A stretch of DNA of 64,000 nt. Origin: Bacteroidota bacterium (GTDB lineage Bacteria > Bacteroidota > Bacteroidia > Bacteroidales > GCA-2748055). The stretch is from assembly GCA_049325415.1 (NCBI GenBank), contig JBMOLL010000008.1, positions 15,498-79,497 of the forward strand. The letters run 5' to 3'. This document shows, one piece after another, positions 9,961-19,023 of this stretch. How positions within the stretch are numbered: the first letter of the stretch is position 1; the number at the start of each line of letters is the position of its first letter. The position numbers were made by a program, and so were the translations under genes. The notes beneath the pieces are model-generated. The model saw only the letters and a list, made by a program, of their open reading frames with translations, ran no database searches and was not told the DNA's origin.

Positions 9961-12900
9961 ATGAGAAAAATCATTGAGAAATTTGTAGAGTACCCCATTT
10001 ATGCCAATCTGATCATTGCCGCTTTTATGATGGCCGGGGGACTGTGCCTGATGAATATGCGCAAATCCTTTTTTCCGGAAACAGAAAGCCGCTTCATTCA
10101 GATCTCGGTATTCTACCCCGGAGCTTCGCCGGTAGAAATGGAAGAAGGGGTGACCACGAGAATAGAGGAGGCTATCCGGGGTCTGATCGGGATCAAGGAG
10201 ATCACCTCCACCTCCGTTGAAGACCGGGCTGTGGTTTCGGTAGAGACAACGGGGGAATACCCGGTAGATGAGGTCCTGATGGAAGTAAAAAACGCTGTGG
10301 ACGGTATCTCTTCGCTACCCACGGCGGCGGAAAGGCCTATCGTTTCGAAGCAAAGATCACGGGCCCCGGCCCTGTTCATGTCGCTTGTACCCGATGAAGA
10401 AAACGAGATCGGGCTGATGGCCCTGAAGGAATATGCCCAGCGTATCGAGGAGGATTTTTTCAACTCCGGTGTCATGAGCCAGATCTCCCTTTCGGGCTAT
10501 CCTTCCCCGGAGATTTCTGTGGAGATCCGTGAAGAAGACCTTTTACGGTATCATCTGACCTTCGATGACCTTATGACGGCCATCCAGCAAAACAACCAGG
10601 ATGTATCGGGGGGACAGATCAAATCACAGGAAGAGGAGCTGCTCATTCGTTTACGTTCAAGGAGTTCTGACCCTGCCAAGATCGGAAACATCATTTTACG
10701 GGGAGAGCCCGACGGCCGGTTCATCCGGATCCGGGATGTCGCCGAGGTAAAAAAGAAATTTGCCGATACTTCTCAAAAGGCCTGGTATAACGGCAGAACG
10801 TCCGTTTCCATCCGGGTGGAAAAATTACCCGAAGAGGACCTTGACGAAATCACTGAATTTGCCACCCGGTACATGGAGGAGTTTAATGCAAAGAATTACG
10901 GGGTGAAACTGGTGATGTCGAGGGCTTTCCTGGAAATCCTTCAGAGCCGCCTCAAACTATTAACAAATAACGGTTTGTTTGGTCTCGCCCTGGTCGTGCT
11001 CTCGCTTTCCCTTTTTCTGAGTTTACGGTTATCGCTCTGGGTGTCATTCGGCATTCCTTTCAGTTTTCTGGCGATGTTTATCGTGACCTATTTTGCGGGG
11101 ATAACGATCAATATGTATTCCCTGTTCGGAATGATCCTGGTGGTGGGTATCCTTGTGGATGACGGGATTGTGGTTGCCGAGAACATCTTTGTCCATTTCG
11201 AATCGGGTAAGTCGCCCATGCGGGCGGCAGTCGACGGGGTTATGGAGGTGCTTCCGGCGGTAGTTACTTCAGTGACTACGACGATTGTAGCCTTTACTCC
11301 GCTGCTGTTTCTAGCGGGCACCACCATGGAAATCATGTTGCACATGGCCATTGTGGTTATTGCCAGCCTGGCTTTTTCGCTTTTTGAATCCCTGCTTGTA
11401 TTACCGGCCCACCTTGCAAATCCGCGGGCACTGAGTCAGAGCAGTCTGGCCAACCGGAACAAAGGTTTCAAAAAACGTTTTGAGCATTTCTTCAACTGGC
11501 TGAAAGATGATCTCTATCAGCCCGCACTGATCTGGCTCCTGCGATGGCGGCACATTGTCTGGGCCATACCGGTTGCACTTTACATGATTACAGCCGGGCT
11601 CTTTTTTGGAGGACATATTAAAAACACCTACTTCCCGGTGGTTGACTACGATAATTTTGATATCAACGTCGCCTATACCCCGGGCGACGGTGAACGACAG
11701 ACGATAGAAACCATCCGACGTATTGAGAAGGCGATCTGGGAGGTCAATGAAGACCTGAAGCGTGACCTGGGAGAGGATGCGGATATCATTGAACGGGTTC
11801 AGTCGAATCTGGGCAGTGCCTTCAGCGGTCAGGAGTCGGGCGCACATTGTGCCAGCATCCGGGTCTATCCAAAAGATCTGGAGGGTCTGGATATTGCCGG
11901 TTTTGACATTGCCAACAGGGTAAGGGAGAAGATCGGGCCGGTTGCCGGTGCGCAAAAGTACACCGTGGGAGGCAGAAACCGCTGGGGGGCACCGGTGAGT
12001 ATCGGGTTGATGTCGAAGAACCTGCAGGAGCTGGATGCTGCAAAAAATTACCTGATGACACGCCTGGAGGAAATGCCCCAGCTTAAGGATATCAACGAAA
12101 ACATTGCCCTGGGGAAACAGGAGATCAGGTTAAAACTCAAGCCCGCGGCATATTTCCTGGGGCTGGATGAGACCACAATTGCCCGTCAGATACGGCAGGG
12201 CTTTTATGGCGGGCAGGCGCAGCGTTTACAGGAAGGGCGTGATGAGCTGAGGATCTGGGTCCGTTTCCCCGGTTCGGACAGGATGAATATCGGGCAGCTT
12301 GACAAGATGAAGATTAAGACTGCCGGCGGGGAATATCCTCTGTCGGAACTGGCTGATTATTCGATGGAAAGGGGGCCTGTAGCCATTAACCGTTTCAACG
12401 GTTCCCGGGAAATCCGGGTAGAGGCAGAGACGCTGGATCCCTATGCTTCGGTGCCTGATATACTCGGGCAGATTGAAAAAGAGATCCTCCCCGACCTTTT
12501 ATCCCTTTACACCGGTATCCGCTATACCTTCCAGGGACAGCAAAAATACAGCCGCGAAGCCCTCGCAAAAATATACCGGTACTTCTCCGTCGCCTTTATG
12601 CTGATTGTCTTTATCATGCTGATTCATTTCAGGAGCACGCAGCAGACCCTGATCGTCCTTCTGATGATCCCCATGGCCATGCTGGGCGTTTTCTGGGGAC
12701 ACGGGATCCACGACAAGCCGCTCTCAATGATGAGTCTGTGGGGGATGGTGGCGCTTACCGGGGTGGTGATCAATGATGCGATAGTCTTCCTTTCAAAATA
12801 CAACAGCAATCTGGTCGAAGGTATGAAGATACGTGATGCCATCATCCAGGCCGGGAGGAGCCGTTTGCGGCCGATTATTCTGACCACGCTGACAACATCG

Positions 12901-13194
12901 ATCGGTCTGTTTCCCATGATTGCCCAGCGCAGTGTTCAGGCGCAGTTCCTGATCCCGATGGCCATCAGCCTGGCCTACGGAGTGGCTTTCGGAACGGTGT
13001 TCATTCTGATCTTCCTGCCGGTGCTGATCATGCTTTTCAATGACGCCAGGCTGATGGCAAGACGGCTGATTGCCGGAGAAAGTCCTGAAAGGGAGGACAT
13101 CGAGGTTGCGATAAAACTTCACAGGAGAAAACTTGAATATGAAGAGAACGGATATGACAAGAAACACCAGAATATTCCCGATGACATGCCCTGA
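9961..13194 (+). CDS. Efflux RND transporter permease subunit (AcrB/CzcA superfamily)
   Basis: 1077 aa with 12-TM, two-large-loop architecture and the TM4 signature GMILVVGILVDDGIVVAENI. Confidence 0.9.
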   Translation: MRKIIEKFVEYPIYANLIIAAFMMAGGLCLMNMRKSFFPETESRFIQISVFYPGASPVEMEEGVTTRIEEAIRGLIGIKEITSTSVEDRAVVSVETTGEYPVDEVLMEVKNAVDGISSLPTAAERPIVSKQRSRAPALFMSLVPDEENEIGLMALKEYAQRIEEDFFNSGVMSQISLSGYPSPEISVEIREEDLLRYHLTFDDLMTAIQQNNQDVSGGQIKSQEEELLIRLRSRSSDPAKIGNIILRGEPDGRFIRIRDVAEVKKKFADTSQKAWYNGRTSVSIRVEKLPEEDLDEITEFATRYMEEFNAKNYGVKLVMSRAFLEILQSRLKLLTNNGLFGLALVVLSLSLFLSLRLSLWVSFGIPFSFLAMFIVTYFAGITINMYSLFGMILVVGILVDDGIVVAENIFVHFESGKSPMRAAVDGVMEVLPAVVTSVTTTIVAFTPLLFLAGTTMEIMLHMAIVVIASLAFSLFESLLVLPAHLANPRALSQSSLANRNKGFKKRFEHFFNWLKDDLYQPALIWLLRWRHIVWAIPVALYMITAGLFFGGHIKNTYFPVVDYDNFDINVAYTPGDGERQTIETIRRIEKAIWEVNEDLKRDLGEDADIIERVQSNLGSAFSGQESGAHCASIRVYPKDLEGLDIAGFDIANRVREKIGPVAGAQKYTVGGRNRWGAPVSIGLMSKNLQELDAAKNYLMTRLEEMPQLKDINENIALGKQEIRLKLKPAAYFLGLDETTIARQIRQGFYGGQAQRLQEGRDELRIWVRFPGSDRMNIGQLDKMKIKTAGGEYPLSELADYSMERGPVAINRFNGSREIRVEAETLDPYASVPDILGQIEKEILPDLLSLYTGIRYTFQGQQKYSREALAKIYRYFSVAFMLIVFIMLIHFRSTQQTLIVLLMIPMAMLGVFWGHGIHDKPLSMMSLWGMVALTGVVINDAIVFLSKYNSNLVEGMKIRDAIIQAGRSRLRPIILTTLTTSIGLFPMIAQRSVQAQFLIPMAISLAYGVAFGTVFILIFLPVLIMLFNDARLMARRLIAGESPEREDIEVAIKLHRRKLEYEENGYDKKHQNIPDDMP

Positions 13195-14497
13195 TCTGCG
13201 GATCAGGCTTTTTGCCATCCTTTCGCTGTTTCTGCTTTTCTCCGGGGCGGCGGCTCAGCGCAGGGAGTTATCGCTCCAGGAGGCTGTTGCGCTGACCCTG
13301 AAACATCATTACAGCATTGTGCTGGCCGGTTTTGAAACGGATCTGGCGCGGCTGAATAACACCTGGGAAGCCGCCGGTCGTTTCCCGACCGTAGGGATAG
13401 ATGGCAGTCTCTCGACCCGACAGACGATTGACGGAGGAGATAACGCCATACTCAACAGTTTCAGTGCCGGTCTCGGCCTTGACTGGGTCGTTTTTAACGG
13501 TTTCCGGGTCGGCATCACCAAGGAGAAGCTGGAACAATTACAGCTTTTATCCGAAGGAAATGCGGCGCTGGTTATTGAGGGGGCCATTGAGGAGGTTATC
13601 CTGACTTACTATTCCGTTTTGCTGGAGAAGGAAAAAGAAGCGGTGCTGGAACGTCTGTTCCGACTGTCGGGCGACCGCTATAGTTATGAAGAGGCAAGGT
13701 ATGAACTGGGGGGATCGGGAAGCTACCAGCTTCTTCAGGCCAGGAATGTTTATCTGGGCGATGAAGCAGCCTATCTGACGCAACAGGTAAACGTCAGGAG
13801 TTATACCAGGGAACTCAATTACCTCACCGGTGATGCGCCTGCTACCGAGTGGTCTTTCACTTCCTCCTTCACCCCCGATACCACGGATTACGAGCTGGAC
13901 GAGCTGCTTCGGCTGATGTTGAGCAACAACCAGCGTCTGAAAAACCAGTACTGTTCGCTTTTGCTCCAGGAAAATGCCTGGCAGCTTGCCCGCAGCGATC
14001 TGTATCCGTCGGTAAGATTTTCTGCCGGGCTCGACAATAATTTAAGCGGGAAAACGGTATACCCCGCCGACCCGGTAACCGGTAATGTGTTCACGCCTTC
14101 GGCCAGTCTTTCCTTCAGCTATGGCCTTTACCAGGGCGGAGCAAAGAAAAGGGCACTTGAGGCGGCCCGTATCAACAGGGAGGCGGCTTCTGTCGAGCGT
14201 GAGGAAATGATCCACCGGCTTACGAACACCCTCTACAGTGAATATGATCTTTACCAGGTGAGAAAAGTCCTGCTGACCGTCGCAGAGGAGGGTCTCAAAG
14301 CCGCCGAGATGAATCTCGAACTTTCAGAAGCCAAATACAGGGCCGGAACGCTCACTTCACTGGAATACCGCGATGTGCAGTTGTTATATCTGAATGCCGC
14401 CCTCCGCAGGTTGGAAGCAATTTACAACCTGATCAGTTCAAACATTACCCTTTCGAGGCTGACGGGAGGGATATTGGATTACAGCACAGAAGAATAG
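13133..14497 (+). CDS. TolC-family outer membrane efflux protein
   Basis: Signal peptide ...LFAILSLFLLFSGAAAQ, then LSLQEAVALTLKHHYSI and two OEP-type repeats. The start is ambiguous (ATGs at 13133-13181) and overlaps the end of the pump gene. Confidence 0.85.
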   Translation: MNMKRTDMTRNTRIFPMTCPDLRIRLFAILSLFLLFSGAAAQRRELSLQEAVALTLKHHYSIVLAGFETDLARLNNTWEAAGRFPTVGIDGSLSTRQTIDGGDNAILNSFSAGLGLDWVVFNGFRVGITKEKLEQLQLLSEGNAALVIEGAIEEVILTYYSVLLEKEKEAVLERLFRLSGDRYSYEEARYELGGSGSYQLLQARNVYLGDEAAYLTQQVNVRSYTRELNYLTGDAPATEWSFTSSFTPDTTDYELDELLRLMLSNNQRLKNQYCSLLLQENAWQLARSDLYPSVRFSAGLDNNLSGKTVYPADPVTGNVFTPSASLSFSYGLYQGGAKKRALEAARINREAASVEREEMIHRLTNTLYSEYDLYQVRKVLLTVAEEGLKAAEMNLELSEAKYRAGTLTSLEYRDVQLLYLNAALRRLEAIYNLISSNITLSRLTGGILDYSTEE

Positions 14498-14526
14498 CAA
14501 CTGAGCTTCGGAGTATGTTCTGCAAC

Positions 14527-14553
14527 AAAAAAACCCCGGCATTTCTGCCGGGG
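14527..14553 (-). terminator. Rho-independent terminator of tRNA-Phe
   Basis: On the minus strand: CCCCGGC-AGAAAT-GCCGGGG followed by T7, starting 4 nt after the tRNA 3' end. Confidence 0.75.
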
Positions 14554-14556
14554 TCG

Positions 14557-14629
14557 TGGTGCCACCAAGAATCGAACTAGGGACACCAGGATTTTCAGTC
14601 CTGTGCTCTACCAACTGAGCTATGGCACC
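14557..14629 (-). tRNA. tRNA-Phe (anticodon GAA)
   Basis: Minus-strand sequence GGTGCCATAGCTCAGTTGGTAGAGCACAGGACTGAAAATCCTGGTGTCCCTAGTTCGATTCTTGGTGGCACCA. It folds as a cloverleaf with a 7-bp acceptor stem, GTTCGATTC T-loop and anticodon loop CTGAAAA. CCA is not encoded. Confidence 0.92.
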
Positions 14630-14647
14630 GATGCTGTTAAAGCGAGG

Positions 14648-14655
14648 CAAATTTA
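14648..14655 (-). promoter_or_regulatory. Candidate -7 box (TAAATTTG) for tRNA-Phe
   Basis: Minus-strand TAnnTTTG match ending 19 nt upstream of the mature tRNA 5' end. Confidence 0.4.
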
Positions 14656-14844
14656 CAATATTTTTTTTTATCTGCAAAACGGAAAAAAATATTTCATCTG
14701 TAGTCCGGATCTTTCCTTCCGGCAAAGGTTTTCGTGATGGCGATTCGCTCGCGGATCTGACAGAATGGCCTGCTTTTCAACGGTTTTGAGCAAATTCCGG
14801 TCCGGCGGGTTCACCCGGTTCTCCGTTTATATCTTTTTCTTTTA

Positions 14845-14852
14845 TACTTTTG
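14845..14852 (+). promoter_or_regulatory. Candidate -7 box (TACTTTTG) upstream of the M16 peptidase gene
   Basis: Matches TAnnTTTG, 8 nt before ATG 14860, which would give a very short leader. Confidence 0.3.
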
Positions 14853-14859
14853 TGCGTTT

Positions 14860-16086
14860 ATGGAAGCCATTTACAAGACACACCAGTTTCCCAACGGGAT
14901 ACGGCTGATTCATCGTCATCATGATTCAGCGGTAGCGCATTTCGGGATGATCGTACAAACCGGTACGAGGGATGAAGAGGAGGCCGAGCATGGCCTGGCT
15001 CATTTCATTGAGCATATGTTTTTTAAGGGAACGGAGCGGCGTACTGCTTTTCAGATTATTTCGCGGCTGGAGGATGTCGGGGGAGATATCAATGCCTATA
15101 CCACGAAGGAGGAAACGGCGATCCATGCCTCCTTTCTAAGACAGGATTACAGGCGGGCGGTTGATCTGATCCATGAGCTGTTTATCAGTTCTACTTTTTC
15201 CATCCGCGAGCGCAGGAAAGAAATCGACGTCATTATCAGCGAAATACAGTCGTATGAAGATTCCCCCTCCGAATTGATTTTCGACGATGCCGAGGAGTTG
15301 CTTTATCCCGGGCAGTCGATTGGCCGGAATATTCTCGGAACGAGAAAATCCCTGAAAAAATTCCAGAACGGGATGGTTGAAAATTTTTTCAGGGAGAATT
15401 ACTCCACTGATGAGATTGTGCTTTGTTCGCTTGGTTCGGTAGATTTTTCGAAACTTGTGATGATGATCTCCCGTACCTTTGGAGAGATCCCCCTAAAAAG
15501 CCGCATACGGCCACGTATTCGACCTTTCTGCAGTAACGGGCAGCAACTGACGGTAAGAAAGCGAACCCACCAGACCCATTGCATCCTGATTACCGAAGGA
15601 TATGATCTGCATCATGAAGATCGCCTTGCATTGCATTTACTGAACAACATCCTGGGCGGGCCCGGAATGAACTCACGCCTCAACCTGGCCCTGCGGGAGC
15701 GCCGTGGTTATTCATACAGTGCGGAATCGCATTATGCCCCCTATACCGATACAGGGGCCCTGGCTGTATATTTCAGCTGTGACAGGGAAAAGTTTGATTC
15801 CTGTTATGAACTGGCGATTAAGGAAATCCGGAGTCTTTCCGAAAAGGATCTCACGCCCGGCCGCCTGACCAGTGCCCGCAAACAGATCATCGGCCAGCTT
15901 GCCATTTCTTCGGATATCCCCGAGCACCTATTGCTGACCATGGGGAAAAGCTACCAGTTGTTTCATACGGTTGACTCGCTGGAGGATATCCGGATGAAGC
16001 TTGAGCAGATCAGTGCTGCCCGATTGAAAAGCATTGCCCGCCAGGTCTTTGAGCCTGAACGGCTCAACACTTTAATTTATACCTGA
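14860..16086 (+). CDS. M16 family (pitrilysin/insulinase-like) metallopeptidase
   Basis: 408 aa with the inverted zinc motif HxxEH in GLAHFIEHMFFKGT and a downstream Glu in the AYTTKEET region. Confidence 0.9.
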   Translation: MEAIYKTHQFPNGIRLIHRHHDSAVAHFGMIVQTGTRDEEEAEHGLAHFIEHMFFKGTERRTAFQIISRLEDVGGDINAYTTKEETAIHASFLRQDYRRAVDLIHELFISSTFSIRERRKEIDVIISEIQSYEDSPSELIFDDAEELLYPGQSIGRNILGTRKSLKKFQNGMVENFFRENYSTDEIVLCSLGSVDFSKLVMMISRTFGEIPLKSRIRPRIRPFCSNGQQLTVRKRTHQTHCILITEGYDLHHEDRLALHLLNNILGGPGMNSRLNLALRERRGYSYSAESHYAPYTDTGALAVYFSCDREKFDSCYELAIKEIRSLSEKDLTPGRLTSARKQIIGQLAISSDIPEHLLLTMGKSYQLFHTVDSLEDIRMKLEQISAARLKSIARQVFEPERLNTLIYT

Positions 16087-16727
16087 TGAATCCCTTTGAC
16101 CTTCCCGAAGAGGCGGAGAGATACCTGGAGGAGCATACCTCTCCGGAAGGAGACGTGCTGCGGGGCATCAGCCGTTACACCTGGCTGAACGAGGTTCATC
16201 CGCAAATGATCTCCGGTCAGGTTCAGGGCTGGTTTTACCGTATGGTAAGCCTGATGATCCGTCCGGAGCGGATCCTGGAGATCGGCACTTTTACCGGTTA
16301 TTCCACCATTGCCCTCAGTGCCGGATTAAAGGAAGGCGGACGGATATGTACGATCGAGATCAATGAAGAGTACCGGGAGGTTTGTCTCCGTCATTTCAGG
16401 GAAGCCGGGATTGAGGAAAAGACAGAACTGATCATCGGTGATGCCCTGACTGTTCTGCCGGGACTTGCCGGGCCCTTTGACCTGGTGTTGATAGATGCCC
16501 GTAAGGAAGAATACCCGGATTATTACCAAATGATCCTTGGGACGGTAAGACCGGGAGGGATCCTCCTCGCGGATAATGTGCTCTGGGGCGGAAAAGTGCT
16601 GGAGGAGCCGAGAGAAGTTTCCGCAGAAGCCGTGCATGCATTCAACCGGATGGTGACTGCGGATCCCCGGGTTGAAAATGTGCTGCTGCCGGTCAGGGAT
16701 GGCATCATGTTTATCCGCAAGCGTTGA
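16086..16727 (+). CDS. Class I SAM-dependent O-methyltransferase (caffeoyl-CoA OMT / YrrM-like)
   Basis: 213 aa with SAM motif I ILEIGTFTGYST and FDLVLIDARKEEY, typical of the cation-dependent OMT family. TGATG overlap with the M16 gene. Confidence 0.85.
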   Translation: MNPFDLPEEAERYLEEHTSPEGDVLRGISRYTWLNEVHPQMISGQVQGWFYRMVSLMIRPERILEIGTFTGYSTIALSAGLKEGGRICTIEINEEYREVCLRHFREAGIEEKTELIIGDALTVLPGLAGPFDLVLIDARKEEYPDYYQMILGTVRPGGILLADNVLWGGKVLEEPREVSAEAVHAFNRMVTADPRVENVLLPVRDGIMFIRKR

Positions 16728-16805
16728 TGTTTTGTTTAATTTTTTTTGCCGTTTTCCTAAACAATTTCTTTCTGTATTTGTTAATTTGGCGTTTAATTCA
16801 GGAAA

Positions 16806-17690
16806 ATGGCTGTTTATTCGATAAAAGATCTGGAGAGCCTGTCGGGCATTAAGGCGCACACCATACGTATATGGGAAAAGCGTTACAGCCTGATACATCC
16901 ACATCGTACCTCAACAAATATCCGTTACTACACGGATAAGGATTTGAAGAAGATCCTGGGAATTGCCCTGCTTAACCGTCACGGGATAAAGATTTCCAAT
17001 ATTGCCCGGTTGAGCGACCTGGAGCTTAAGGAGGAGATCATGCGTCTGTCGGCGTCGAATGATGCCCGGCAGAGTATTATAGATTCCCTGATCATGGCGA
17101 TGGTGGAAATGGACGAGATCCGCTTTTTGTCGATCCTCAACAAATCCATTTCCAGGATTGGTTTTAAAGAAACTATCCTGCAGGTGGTGTATCCGTTTCT
17201 CAACCGGACGGGAGTGCTCTGGCAGGCCGGGGAGATCAGTCCGGCCCATGAGCATTTTGTCTCGAACCTGATCCGTCAGAAAATCGTATCGGCCATTGAT
17301 AGTTTTACCCATGTTTACGATCCCGGGAGTAAAAAATTCATCCTTTTGCTTCCGGAAGGGGAGTGGCATGAAATCGGACTGTTATTTTCCTTTTTTCTGT
17401 TAAGGGAAGCCGGCCATGAGGTGATTTACCTCGGTCAGTCGGTCCCCTACTCCGATCTTCTGGCCACAGGCGCCAATAAATCATTCGATTTCATTCTTCT
17501 TTCAAGCACCACTCCCCGTCCTGATTTCAATATTACGGAATACCTTCAGGATCTGGGTGTTGCGTTTCCGGACAAGACAATCCTATACTTTTCTTACGGT
17601 CTGACGGAAAAACCCGCGGTGCTTGGAGAACATCATGTTCACCTGAATGAACTCAAAGACCTTGTCCGTTTCCTGGACTCTCTGAAATAG
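16806..17690 (+). CDS. MerR-family transcriptional regulator with C-terminal cobalamin-binding-like domain (CarH/LitR-like)
   Basis: N-terminal MerR helix-turn-helix YSIKDLESLSGIKAHTIRIWEKRY. The C-terminal Rossmann-like domain carries E-W-H-E-I-G (17361-17378), matching the ExHxxG lower-ligand motif of B12-binding domains. Confidence 0.7.
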   Translation: MAVYSIKDLESLSGIKAHTIRIWEKRYSLIHPHRTSTNIRYYTDKDLKKILGIALLNRHGIKISNIARLSDLELKEEIMRLSASNDARQSIIDSLIMAMVEMDEIRFLSILNKSISRIGFKETILQVVYPFLNRTGVLWQAGEISPAHEHFVSNLIRQKIVSAIDSFTHVYDPGSKKFILLLPEGEWHEIGLLFSFFLLREAGHEVIYLGQSVPYSDLLATGANKSFDFILLSSTTPRPDFNITEYLQDLGVAFPDKTILYFSYGLTEKPAVLGEHHVHLNELKDLVRFLDSLK

Positions 17691-17789
17691 TCGTTTTCCC
17701 TATTTCCCGGCCGTTTTGCGGCTAAGCTTCTGAAATCAAGCGATTAAGACCTCGCCTGCCGAGGAAATATATCCCATTACCCCTTTCGG

Positions 17790-17821
17790 TTGTTTAATCT
17801 TTACGTGGTAGGGTTAAACAA
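17790..17821. promoter_or_regulatory. Inverted repeat TTGTTTAA-N16-TTAAACAA between the MerR/B12 gene and the ECF sigma gene
   Basis: Perfect 8-bp arms read directly from the sequence. Candidate operator; function untested. Confidence 0.2.
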
Positions 17822-17970
17822 TTTTCACATTTTTCTCAATTTAGAATAAGGGGATATTTATACCCTATTGTCTTTTATTAGCAAGCGTTTCAGAATTATT
17901 CTTATTTGGAATGGCCTCTATTTTAGCCTTTTTTATGATTTCAACATTTGGATTTTGTTGAATCGGAACG

Positions 17971-17978
17971 TACATTTG
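17971..17978 (+). promoter_or_regulatory. Candidate -7 box (TACATTTG) upstream of the ECF sigma gene
   Basis: Matches TAnnTTTG, 38 nt before ATG 18017. Confidence 0.35.
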
Positions 17979-18016
17979 TTAAACATTTTTAATGCTTCAA
18001 ACTAAAAATTAGAATT

Positions 18017-18520
18017 ATGACAACGATGGAGTTTAATCACAAGCTGATAAGCATGGAAGAGCGGCTGGAGCGTTTTGCCCTCAGTCTGACTGCCAACCGG
18101 GAAGAAGCTAAGGATTTGCTTCAGGAAACATATCTGAAAGCTTTATCATCCAAGGATAAATTCATTGAGTTCACCAATTTTGAGGCCTGGGCCTATACCA
18201 TCATGAAGAACACCTTCATTAACAATTACAGGAAAGCCATAAGGCAGAACACGGTTGTTGATACCACGAAGGATCTTTATTATCTGAACAACACCAAGGA
18301 GTCGGTTAATATCCGTCCCGATTCTTCCTTCCAGCACAAGGAGATTGTCAAGCATATTGAAAGTCTGCAGGATGAGCTGAGGATCCCCTTCAAGATGCAT
18401 ACGGAAGGGTACAAGTATAAAGAGATTGCCGAAGAGCTTAACCTGAAGATCGGTACGGTTAAGAGCAGGATATTCTTCACCCGCAAGAAGCTGATGGAAT
18501 CGCTTCAGGGTTATGAGTAG
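18017..18520 (+). CDS. RNA polymerase sigma-70 factor, ECF subfamily
   Basis: 167 aa. Region 2 reads DLLQETYLKAL...FEAWAYTIMKNTFINNYRK; region 4 helix-turn-helix reads YKYKEIAEELNLKIGTVKSRIFFTRKKL. Confidence 0.85.
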   Translation: MTTMEFNHKLISMEERLERFALSLTANREEAKDLLQETYLKALSSKDKFIEFTNFEAWAYTIMKNTFINNYRKAIRQNTVVDTTKDLYYLNNTKESVNIRPDSSFQHKEIVKHIESLQDELRIPFKMHTEGYKYKEIAEELNLKIGTVKSRIFFTRKKLMESLQGYE

Positions 18521-18560
18521 GATTTGTCAGTTAGTAGTTAGGTTAGTTTGGTTATGAAAT

Positions 18561-18592
18561 TGCCCCGGTTACAACCGGGGCATTTCTGTTTT
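18561..18592 (+). terminator. Rho-independent terminator after the sigma factor gene
   Basis: Hairpin TGCCCCGGTT-ACAA-CCGGGGCA followed by TTTCTGTTTT. Confidence 0.65.
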
Positions 18593-18630
18593 ACGGGGGG
18601 CCATAAGTGATTTGTTTTTATTTTTAGGGC

Positions 18631-19023
18631 ATGAAAAGTCGTTTAGTCCGTTTTTTACCCGGGTTTCTGTTTTTTTCCTGGCTGACGCTTATTCCGGTTT
18701 TCTCGATGATCCCCGGCAGCAGGACCGTTGATTTCATTCTTGGGGACGGGAGCGGAATCCGCTGGGACTATATCGAGCATTCTTTGGTTTTTGGAATTCT
18801 GGCGTTTTTATTTTTCCTGTGGAGAAAAAGCAAAACCAGGCAGCCCCGGGGAAATTTTTTCCTTTTTCTGGGTACCGGCCTGGTTTATGCCATACTGACG
18901 GAGGTACTGCAGATTGCGGTTCCCGGCAGGACCTTTAACCCCCTGGATGCCCTGTTCAATGCAGCAGGTTTCCTGGTAGTGCTTCTTGCTTTACTTTATA
19001 TTCAGCCCGATTCAGTGCGTTGA
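18631..19023 (+). CDS. VanZ-family membrane protein
   Basis: 130 aa, about 4 TM segments, conserved ...EVLQIAVPGRTFNPLDALFNAAG typical of VanZ-like proteins. The 3' end overlaps maeB by 12 nt (convergent). Confidence 0.7.
   Translation: MKSRLVRFLPGFLFFSWLTLIPVFSMIPGSRTVDFILGDGSGIRWDYIEHSLVFGILAFLFFLWRKSKTRQPRGNFFLFLGTGLVYAILTEVLQIAVPGRTFNPLDALFNAAGFLVVLLALLYIQPDSVR

Noticed and set aside
6234-14497. A MacB-type FtsX permease without an adjacent ATPase gene, directly followed by an RND adaptor-pump-TolC set. Considered as a possible hybrid efflux machine.
   Set aside because: A good terminator (8701-8733) and a separate -7 box divide the permease gene from the RND operon. Lone FtsX-type permease paralogues are common in Bacteroidota. 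There is nothing in the sequence to suggest a functional fusion.
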